Below, piece after piece: positions 39,648 through 46,862 of a stretch of DNA of 48,932 nucleotides. The DNA lies in the IMG/VR virus record IMGVR_UViG_3300025534_000012, positions 1 to 48,932 of that record. The stretch is one strand, 5' to 3'. The stretch is from a virus. Taxonomy: Duplodnaviria > Caudoviricetes. The stretch's first letter is position 1. The number at the start of each line of letters is the position of its first letter. The position numbers were made by a program, and so were the translations under genes. The notes under the pieces are model-generated. The model was not told the origin of the DNA and did no database searches. It saw only the letters and a list, made by a program, of their open reading frames with translations.

Positions 39648-40363
39648 TTACTCGCCGCCTCTCTTTTCGTAACTGATTCGATGTCATCAAGCGGAATAAA
39701 AACGGTAGGGTGCGAAAAGAACGCTTTGCCGTAGATTAACGTTATGTGCGCTTTGACGAAATCTTCGGGGTTAGATTCGCCTTCTGCGCGGAATACATGT
39801 AAGCCGCCGGGTTTTGTTGCGACTTCGAACGTGGTGGTTTCGGGCTGGTTCTCGGCGTTAGTGGTCGGTTTTAAATCTTCGGCGCTAACCCACAGTTCGA
39901 AATCATCTTTTATTGACTTAACATGATAAGGAAGATCATCGTCATAATCGTCAATCCGGACAATACGAACCTTTTCGCCAACATCGAACGCATGACCGCT
40001 ATTATTGGCAGCAACTTCCGCGATGTCGCCGACTTTGAATCTCGGTTTTTGTTCTTCCGCGCTGTCGGCCCATTCGATGGTAGGCTCGTCGACTTTGGCG
40101 AATACTTCGAAGTCGTCACCACCAGTGTCGTAATTATCACCTGCATCATCAATAATGTGTGGATCGCCAAATCGGTCAATTTCATCAACCTCGTAAAACG
40201 CTCCTACCGTGACATTTTTAGCGGCTTCATCGACGGCAAAAGAAGTAAAACGAATCAAGTCGCCAACTTGCGCGTTACGATCAACCTTCGTATACTTCGC
40301 GCCATTCCACTCAACTTCGGTCACGTCGCCACCCTTCGTAATCCTAACGTCTAAATTCGGCAT
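39644..40363 (-). CDS. hypothetical protein with SH3-like repeats
   Basis: AQVGDLI and FKVGDIA modules. Confidence 0.65.
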   Translation of the reverse strand: MPNLDVRITKGGDVTEVEWNGAKYTKVDRNAQVGDLIRFTSFAVDEAAKNVTVGAFYEVDEIDRFGDPHIIDDAGDNYDTGGDDFEVFAKVDEPTIEWADSAEEQKPRFKVGDIAEVAANNSGHAFDVGEKVRIVRIDDYDDDLPYHVKSIKDDFELWVSAEDLKPTTNAENQPETTTFEVATKPGGLHVFRAEGESNPEDFVKAHITLIYGKAFFSHPTVFIPLDDIESVTKREAASN

Positions 40364-40384
40364 TATTTACCGCCCCCAATCGCA

Positions 40385-41083
40385 TCAAAATTGTTCCGTC
40401 GGGTCTGCCGGTTTGCTTTCCACGCCCAACCGCTCAACATCGAAACCGAACGCTTTCAAGTCGGCAACCTGCTCGTCATGCGTTTTAACGTAAAGCACTT
40501 TTTCGTAGAGCTCGTCGGGCACTTTCGCGTCGGCTGTAGCTTCGAACACCTTACGCTCGGCGTCCGATAAATCCTCGTCGTCGAGCGGGGTCAGGCTGAC
40601 CATCGTCGACGTGCCTTGGCCGTCCTTCGCGAGCTCAAACGGCTTGCGTGCGAGTTTTTTCGCGTTCTTTTCGATAGCCGCGATCAGCACCTTGGCTTGC
40701 GCCTTACTTACGTCAACGATAATCGGCTGGCCGTCGGACAAGTTGATGAAACCGAACAAATAACGCGGTTTCGGCTTGAGCAAGTACGCTTTGTTACGGA
40801 GTTCTTCGGCTTTTGCGTCGTCGCCCGCTTCCTCGGCGGCCTTGGCGTCGGCATAAAGCATGTTGGCCGCTTTCTGATACAGATTATCGGATTCAACGGG
40901 CGTCGTGTTAAACACCTTAAACACCGACGCGGCGTAGTACTCGACGTAGTCCTCGTCGCTCGCAATCCGCACTTTGTACGCGGTGCCGGACTTGAACGAG
41001 GCCAGCGCCTTGCTTGCGTTTTCTTGATTTTCGGCGGTGGCGCTCTCAGCCGCCGCTTTTCCTTTTTTAGCGATATAGCTCAC
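40385..41083 (-). CDS. putative ssDNA-binding protein (gp32-like)
   Basis: Acidic C-terminus ending in F; located in the replication cluster. Confidence 0.6.
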   Translation of the reverse strand: MSYIAKKGKAAAESATAENQENASKALASFKSGTAYKVRIASDEDYVEYYAASVFKVFNTTPVESDNLYQKAANMLYADAKAAEEAGDDAKAEELRNKAYLLKPKPRYLFGFINLSDGQPIIVDVSKAQAKVLIAAIEKNAKKLARKPFELAKDGQGTSTMVSLTPLDDEDLSDAERKVFEATADAKVPDELYEKVLYVKTHDEQVADLKAFGFDVERLGVESKPADPTEQF

Positions 41084-41123
41084 TAAACATCGCTCCTTTA
41101 CGATTTAGTCGGGCTTGCTTCGG

Positions 41124-41183
41124 TTGCCCGCGACAAGCCGCAAACGTTCGCGTTAACGTTCGCGACCTGTCGCCGGCGGGCAA
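41124..41183 (-). other. long RNA hairpin directly after cas12f
   Basis: About 26-bp stem that closes through G.U pairs only in the minus-strand transcript. Confidence 0.6.
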
Positions 41184-41188
41184 TGACG

Positions 41189-42469
41189 TCAATCCATTGC
41201 CGCAAGCTGCGCTTGTTGCGATTCTATGCGCGCTTTTATCATCGACTCAATTCCGGGCGTTGCGATATTTCGCGCGGCGTTGTAGTCGGCATTCGTTTTG
41301 AATCCGCAAAACTGGCAATGAAATTCCGCTTGTGTTTTCCGGTTGCCTTCCGCAATGTGTCCGCACTCCGAACACCGTTGCGACGTATATTTCGGTTCGA
41401 TCATCCGTACTTCGATTCCAGCCTCTTTCGCCTTATACGCGATTTTTTGTTGTAAATCGTAATATGGCCACCGTTTCAAAAACGTGCTATTCGCGCTGAT
41501 TCCGTCGAGTTTTTCGAGTTGAATAACGCCGCAACCGTGTTTAACCGCTTGCTCAACGATAAACTTCGAGTACTTATGATTCGTAGTTTTGCGGAAATCC
41601 TCGACACGCCTGCGTAATTTTTCAATTGGCTTTAACCGCGTTACTCGACCGTGTCCGCGACGACCGTGTCCGCAATACTTGCCTTGCCGTAACAATTCGG
41701 TGCGCCTGCGCTCAATTCTGCGCCGGAATTCGCTAATTTCGCTACCGCCAATAAAATGTCGCTCGGGGCTATCGTTGAACGCGATCACGGCTGCGTTTAC
41801 AACGCCTAAATCAACGCCCATCACTTTCGACTTATCGCGCTGAACTTCGTCAACTTCGTGTGAGTACGCAAGCATTAGGTAATATTTCGTTTTAACCTTC
41901 GCGATTTCGCTGTCGCACATTTTGTATTCACCGCTTATAATTCGGTCGAGTATGACGTTCGCACCCGAACCTGTTCGTAAGGTTACGTCAACTTGCGTGT
42001 CAGTTCCGCGTTCCTTAGCGCCTTCCTTCGACAGTAACGATAGTTTGCAAGCGTAAGTTTTCGCATTGATTCGCACTAGCGACTTTATCGATTGGGCGCG
42101 GATTGGGAACGATCCATCACGTCTATATGACGGAATAGAAATTTCTCCACGAAGTATTTTCGGTTTGTCGTTTTTGAATTTCTTCACCGATTCGTTTATT
42201 GCCGTATCGACAATGGATGACCCTACAAATACCGCTAACCCTTTTATTTGTCCGTTTATATCCGCGGGTAACCCCTTGCCCAGTATATCTTTTTCCTTCG
42301 GATACTCTCCGAATCGGTCGTTATACCCGAACGAAAATTGTTGCCAATCCCACGCTAATTGAGTTGCTTTATTTTTAATCCGCCAAATGGCGTATTGAAT
42401 GTCGTGTAGTAAATTGTATAAATCCTTATCGTAAGCGATTTCGTATCGCATTGTTTTCGTTATTTTCAC
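41189..42469 (-). CDS. cas12f1: Cas12f1-like (type V-F) RNA-guided nuclease, 426 aa
   Basis: GGAGG RBS and GTG at 42469; NKATQLAWDW...GEYPKEKDILG, LRQGKY...GHGR, NHKYS, WPYYDLQQKI resemble AsCas12f1 as I recall it; RuvC D (GVDLG), E (IQLEK) and D (NADYNAA) plus the zinc finger are intact. Confidence 0.88.
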   Translation of the reverse strand: MKITKTMRYEIAYDKDLYNLLHDIQYAIWRIKNKATQLAWDWQQFSFGYNDRFGEYPKEKDILGKGLPADINGQIKGLAVFVGSSIVDTAINESVKKFKNDKPKILRGEISIPSYRRDGSFPIRAQSIKSLVRINAKTYACKLSLLSKEGAKERGTDTQVDVTLRTGSGANVILDRIISGEYKMCDSEIAKVKTKYYLMLAYSHEVDEVQRDKSKVMGVDLGVVNAAVIAFNDSPERHFIGGSEISEFRRRIERRRTELLRQGKYCGHGRRGHGRVTRLKPIEKLRRRVEDFRKTTNHKYSKFIVEQAVKHGCGVIQLEKLDGISANSTFLKRWPYYDLQQKIAYKAKEAGIEVRMIEPKYTSQRCSECGHIAEGNRKTQAEFHCQFCGFKTNADYNAARNIATPGIESMIKARIESQQAQLAAMD

Positions 42470-42499
42470 TTGTAAAACCTCCAAAATGTTCGCTTTAGG

Positions 42500-42661
42500 T
42501 TCGCACCACGCGCCTCTATACGTTGTGACTTCGCACATTGAACGCCGGCCTCGGGAATTATGCTCGCTTCTCATACGCCAATACACGTTTTGACGTCTTC
42601 AGACAATGAAAACGCGGTTAAAAGTTCTTCTCGCTTCTCATACGCCAATACACGTTTTGAC
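42500..42661 (-). CRISPR. mini CRISPR array: two identical 32-nt repeats, one degenerate repeat, two spacers (35 and 33 nt)
   Basis: GTCAAAACGTGTATTGGCGTATGAGAAGCGAG at 42661-42630 and 42594-42563; degenerate copy from 42529 matches 17 of the first 23 nt. Confidence 0.85.
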
Positions 42662-42677
42662 TGCGTAATGACCAGCG

Positions 42678-42745
42678 ATTTATTGCGTATGATTTACCTG
42701 AGCGCCGTTAGGCCTCGGTTTAAGGACGGCGAGTCGCCCTATTCG
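42678..42745 (-). ncRNA. compact tracrRNA-like scaffold
   Basis: Anti-repeat UCAUACGCAAUA (42692-42681); 5' hairpin loop CUCGC is complementary to the repeat 3' end GCGAG. Confidence 0.75.
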
Positions 42746-42759
42746 TTTGACCGCGCCGC

Positions 42760-42858
42760 TTATTTCCAGCGCTCCGTCAGCTTGCGGTCAATTTCGGCAT
42801 AAACATAAGCCGCCGCGATCATGCCGACGATGGTTAGTACGATGACTGGCACGTTCAT
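42760..42858 (-). CDS. 32-aa single-TM peptide
   Basis: GGTGGTG RBS; MNVPVIVLTIVGMIAAAYVYAEIDRKLTERWK. Confidence 0.5.
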   Translation of the reverse strand: MNVPVIVLTIVGMIAAAYVYAEIDRKLTERWK

Positions 42859-42955
42859 TTCGAATCACCACCTTCGGGTCACCGTAGTAGGCGCGGTACA
42901 TGCGCTCGTACTTGCGCCGGCGGGCGTCGGCCAGCGCGACCACCTGCGCGGTCAT
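42788..42955 (-). CDS. small basic hypothetical protein
   Basis: ATGA-coupled; MTAQVVALADARRRK... Confidence 0.4.
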   Translation of the reverse strand: MTAQVVALADARRRKYERMYRAYYGDPKVVIRNERASHRTNHRRHDRGGLCLCRN

Positions 42956-43113
42956 CCCAGCCGCACCGCCTTCGGTAAGCGCACGTAGTCGGCCGGGTCT
43001 TCGTCGGCGGCCGGTGCGCCGTTGTAAACCAATTCCGGGTAGACTTTTTCGTTGTACTGCGTATATAAATCGCGTTTTTTGCGCATACTCTTCGTATAAG
43101 GTTTGCGCTTCAT
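42952..43113 (-). CDS. small hypothetical protein (53 aa)
   Basis: AAGGAGG RBS; MKRKPYTKSMRKKRDLY... Confidence 0.55.
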   Translation of the reverse strand: MKRKPYTKSMRKKRDLYTQYNEKVYPELVYNGAPAADEDPADYVRLPKAVRLG

Positions 43114-43216
43114 TCCGCTTAACCTCCTTAAAAATACGGGGTTCTATTTTTCGCACAAATGACGTATACTTATAACGTAGGGACTAGGGCGTTAGTCGCG
43201 CTTAGCCCCGAGCAAG

Positions 43217-43867
43217 TTAACGCGCAAGCAAATAGTCGCGGTGGCTACCGTACTTTTGCCGATCGAAATGGCCTGCCAGCTTTTCGATGCTGCGTTTAAC
43301 TTGCATATGGTGCAGTCCGAGTTTTTTACCGATTGCCGTCGGTTTGTACGGGCTGTCATCCTCGAGGATCGCTTTGACGATTGCCGTCGTCTTAGCGTCC
43401 ATGTTCTGCGTGAGGAAGTCGATCAGTTGCCGCTGGTCGGCTTCCGTTTTCTTTCGTAACACCTCGGTTGCCGCCGAGTTGTCGGTTTGACTTGCATTGT
43501 TGACCGCTATTTCAAACGGTGTTATCGAATCGTCGCCAAAATCGTGTCCTTCGGGAAACCCGAGCTCACATTCGAGGATTTCGTGTTGCCGTCGTCTTTG
43601 TCGGCGTTTATACAATGTCGCTCTTCTATATCTAAGTGCTTTGTTGAAATACAACTCGAAGTTATCGCCGTTAAAAAGCTCAATGCATTCTAACAACGTA
43701 TCTTCGTACAAGGCGCGTGTCTCGTGTTCATCGGCACGCAAAGACTTCGCGACTTTTCCGTAGTAATCCGCATGTCTTTCGATCAAATAACGGTAAATCT
43801 CGTTAAAATCGCTGTTACTTCGTGTTTCGCGGTACCGAAGCACTAAATCATCGATATTCAATTTCAT
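43217..43867 (-). CDS. sigma-70/ECF-like transcription factor
   Basis: Region-2-like N-terminus (FNEIY...LLECIELF...FELYF) and C-terminal HTH (TAIGKKLGLHHMQVKR). Confidence 0.65.
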   Translation of the reverse strand: MKLNIDDLVLRYRETRSNSDFNEIYRYLIERHADYYGKVAKSLRADEHETRALYEDTLLECIELFNGDNFELYFNKALRYRRATLYKRRQRRRQHEILECELGFPEGHDFGDDSITPFEIAVNNASQTDNSAATEVLRKKTEADQRQLIDFLTQNMDAKTTAIVKAILEDDSPYKPTAIGKKLGLHHMQVKRSIEKLAGHFDRQKYGSHRDYLLAR

Positions 43868-44060
43868 ATCGTTTTCCCCCTTTCAATGTATTATACAAAT
43901 CTCGGCGTATTTTCGCACAAAAAAGTTTAAAATTTTTATCAACCGGGCTTGTACTTGTATTGTAGCACCGAAACATACTGAAACTGTGTTTCTTGCGAAA
44001 ATTTACCGAGGGAAAAATGTTCAATTTTATGTACTGTTTTTAGAAAGTTGACAGTAATAT

Positions 44061-44084
44061 AAAAAGGCGCTCTTTAAGAGCGCC
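44061..44084 (-). terminator. intrinsic terminator after aimP
   Basis: GGCGCTCT-TAA-AGAGCGCC followed by TTTTT. Confidence 0.85.
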
Positions 44085-44092
44085 CAAATTAT

Positions 44093-44236
44093 TTAGGATC
44101 CGCTTCCACCACTTCCGCCGCCCGGATCACTAGTTATTTTTACTTGTGTGGCAGCGTTTTTGTCATTTTGTGTTATACCAACGAAAGAACTTGTAACGAT
44201 TAGTCCTAACAACAATGCAATAATCACCTTTTTCAC
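44093..44236 (-). CDS. aimP: arbitrium pro-peptide, 47 aa (absent from the ORF track)
   Basis: MKKVIIALLLGLIVTSSFVGITQNDKNAATQVKITSDPGGGSGGSGS; signal peptide plus DPGG; immediately downstream of aimR. Confidence 0.85.
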   Translation of the reverse strand: MKKVIIALLLGLIVTSSFVGITQNDKNAATQVKITSDPGGGSGGSGS

Positions 44237-44249
44237 GTCATGTTCCCCC

Positions 44250-45446
44250 CTATTTGAATGTTAAATTTTTAAGCGCAATTTCTGCGATCGTTCCCCAATT
44301 TCCACCAAATTTTAGTAAATCTCGATGTACTAGATTCGCGTAAAACTTTAAACCTGAGTTAATGAATGTGATTAACGATTCATAAAGCAGCACTGGGTCA
44401 TCTAATGCTAATGCTTTGTAATACTGTTTAAACACGGACATGCCTTGTTCCTTAACAGCTTGTTCAATCAATTTTAACGCTTTTTGTTTATCACCCCACC
44501 TTGCCTCCAAGTGCGCAATCTCGGAGATGTCGCTCGTTTTTATTGTTTCTAGTTCCTGGCCATGAACTATTTTCGCGAACACCATATCTTGTTCTTTGAC
44601 TATTTTAGCAGATTCTGTACGACCGTCCAATAATAAAAGATCGTAGTATTGTTTGAAGTAATTCATGGTAGCATCATAGTCATCGAACAGATATGAGTTC
44701 CCTATTGTATAATACGAATGAACTTTAAAAATCGCACAAATATCAGAATCGATAACTCTTTTTGCCAATTTTCTAGCTTTTTTGAAGTCACTATATACAT
44801 TCAAGGCTACGGTCGCCTTAATTTCGGTAAATCTAACCTTATATGAGTTTAGTATAAAATCATCTTCACAATCCAATTCATCAAACAGCGTCTCAGCTTC
44901 TCTTAGAATACGTTCCATGTGCGAGAATTCTTTTTTATGCTGAAGGATAAGGCATTTGATCGATTTTAACAATAATTTTGAGCAAACGCGTGAAGGGATA
45001 GTGTGTTCAATATCGTAAAAAACATCGTCAAAATTCCTTCTGGTTTGTTGATACCTCATAACTAGACTATATACCTTAGCGAGTTCCTTGTTTTCTTTAT
45101 TACCTTCCATAAGTTGGTTTTCAATTATCTTGTCCAAAACATCAAGAAAACGAGCTGTAGAACAGTACTCCATCGCTTCTCTGATTATGTACGGTTTTTC
45201 TGTCTCTAGGACTAAGTTACAAATTTCATACATCAATTCCAGCTCTTTATGCGGACATAAAAAACGAATGAGTTTGATGATCTTATCTAGGTGAAGCATT
45301 TTATCGCCATTCCTAAATCTTGTCACTTCGCTTGGCGTTACGTGCATTATTTTCGCGATTATGTTATTCTTTAGTGTGGTATCATGAGCAATCTCATAGT
45401 TTTCGATTTCGGTTTCGATAATTTTCACGATCGAATTTAGTGGCAA
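44250..45446 (-). CDS. aimR: arbitrium peptide receptor (HTH + TPR, RRNPP family)
   Basis: N-terminal HTH, REAMEY, ELAKVY, TPR-like helices, 398 aa, followed by a peptide gene. Confidence 0.85.
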   Translation of the reverse strand: MPLNSIVKIIETEIENYEIAHDTTLKNNIIAKIMHVTPSEVTRFRNGDKMLHLDKIIKLIRFLCPHKELELMYEICNLVLETEKPYIIREAMEYCSTARFLDVLDKIIENQLMEGNKENKELAKVYSLVMRYQQTRRNFDDVFYDIEHTIPSRVCSKLLLKSIKCLILQHKKEFSHMERILREAETLFDELDCEDDFILNSYKVRFTEIKATVALNVYSDFKKARKLAKRVIDSDICAIFKVHSYYTIGNSYLFDDYDATMNYFKQYYDLLLLDGRTESAKIVKEQDMVFAKIVHGQELETIKTSDISEIAHLEARWGDKQKALKLIEQAVKEQGMSVFKQYYKALALDDPVLLYESLITFINSGLKFYANLVHRDLLKFGGNWGTIAEIALKNLTFK

Positions 45447-45559
45447 TATTATTCACCGCCTTGAATAAAAATGTATTTTATTGTATATTGATAATATAGC
45501 ATACATGTTCAAATTTGTGAACCTTTTTCTGAAAAAATTTTTATCGGGAGGTGTAATAA

Positions 45560-45778
45560 ATGAAAAAATGCGCAATATCATATCAGCCACTTTTTAATAC
45601 TCTAAAGGAAAAACGCATGAAAATAAGCGATCTCCGACGAAACCGCGGCGAGGCCGACCTACTCCACCCGACGATTATCGCGGCGATAAACCGTAATGAG
45701 CCGATAAATTTACAACATATAGTCGACATCTGTTGTTATTTGAATGTGCCGATTGAAAAAGTTGTACGCATCGAATAA
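45560..45778 (+). CDS. Cro/C1-type HTH regulator
   Basis: ISYQPL...INL..IVDICCYLNVPIEKVV; divergent from aimR. Confidence 0.85.
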   Translation: MKKCAISYQPLFNTLKEKRMKISDLRRNRGEADLLHPTIIAAINRNEPINLQHIVDICCYLNVPIEKVVRIE

Positions 45779-45795
45779 TATGTAAAGCGGGCGAC

Positions 45796-46767
45796 TCACG
45801 CAGACCAGCGCCCCTCGATCGCCCGCCAAATCGCTTCTGGCCCGCCGCTCACCAACGCCTCATTCGCGTCTTTCCACCGCGCACCAACCTTCGCGACGCT
45901 CACTCGCTTGCCATGTCCGCGTAAGGCCACCGCTAACTGTTGCCGCAGTTTGTCGCCGGCCTTATCGTTGTCCGCGAGTATCACGTATTCCTTCACGGGC
46001 GCGCGGATCAATACGTCGACTTTCGGTTGCCCCAACGCAACCCCACCGCAAGCGACCGCAGCCAAGCCGGCTTCCACTACACTCATGGCGTCGATTTCCG
46101 CTTCGCATATAGCGCAAATATCGGGCCGCGACCGATATACAACGTCGATTCCGAAAACTAAATCGCGGATCGGCCACGGTAAACCGTAGGTGCCGCCTTT
46201 CACGTACCAAAACGCCTTACCGCGCGTTAACCGGTATTTGACGTTCGCCAGCCGACCGCTCGGCAACCGCCAGGGCAGTGCCACTGCGTTGGCCGCCGCG
46301 TCAAACCGACAATCGAATAACCGCTGTGTTTCAGCACTAATACCCCGGCGCAATAAGTACGGATGTGCAGCGCTTGATTGTGCGGGCAACACCGACTCGT
46401 CAAGCGGTTTTCTATGCCGTTTGGCTTGCGGCAACTGCAATGCGGGCAGGCGCCACTCGTCATCGTCTTCATCCGCTAGCGCGTCGCTGCCGTACTTGTT
46501 CGCGAGATACTCAGCCGTTTCGGCTTCGGTTTCATTCCGGAGAAAGGCGAGCAGTTTAACGAGGCCTCCGCGGGCATATTCCGCATCGTACGCGCCGCTA
46601 TCGCCCCAGTAGCCGGCTTTTGCGGTTGGGGTGTCGCGTAGCCACACGTAAAAAGACGGCGTGCGATCAACGCGAAACGGGCTAGCCGCGATGAGTTTTT
46701 CGTCGGACCATTCCGCATTTTTCCATTCAAAATATTCTAACTCCTCGCGGACATTTATCGACAACAT
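45796..46767 (-). CDS. DNA primase (Toprim)
   Basis: SPFRVDRTPSF, CEAEIDAMS, DNDKAG, KDANE. Confidence 0.9.
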   Translation of the reverse strand: MLSINVREELEYFEWKNAEWSDEKLIAASPFRVDRTPSFYVWLRDTPTAKAGYWGDSGAYDAEYARGGLVKLLAFLRNETEAETAEYLANKYGSDALADEDDDEWRLPALQLPQAKRHRKPLDESVLPAQSSAAHPYLLRRGISAETQRLFDCRFDAAANAVALPWRLPSGRLANVKYRLTRGKAFWYVKGGTYGLPWPIRDLVFGIDVVYRSRPDICAICEAEIDAMSVVEAGLAAVACGGVALGQPKVDVLIRAPVKEYVILADNDKAGDKLRQQLAVALRGHGKRVSVAKVGARWKDANEALVSGGPEAIWRAIEGRWSA

Positions 46768-46862
46768 TATACCTCCTTTTCCGTTACAATATCGTTACAC
46801 TTTTAATACCATTGAAATAATTATAATGTTCATTTAACGGAAAATAATATAGGCATTTCTTA

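Noticed and set aside
41631-41642. 12-nt match of spacer 1 within cas12f (autoregulation?)
   Set aside because: It is not in the seed, has no PAM-proximal match, and is plausible by chance in 49 kb.
41189-42586. IS200/IS605 TnpB insertion element, and the 465-aa version of the ORF
   Set aside because: There is no tnpA, a repeat/anti-repeat array is present, and the motifs fit Cas12f1. The extra 39 codons run through the array; the RBS supports the GTG at 42469.
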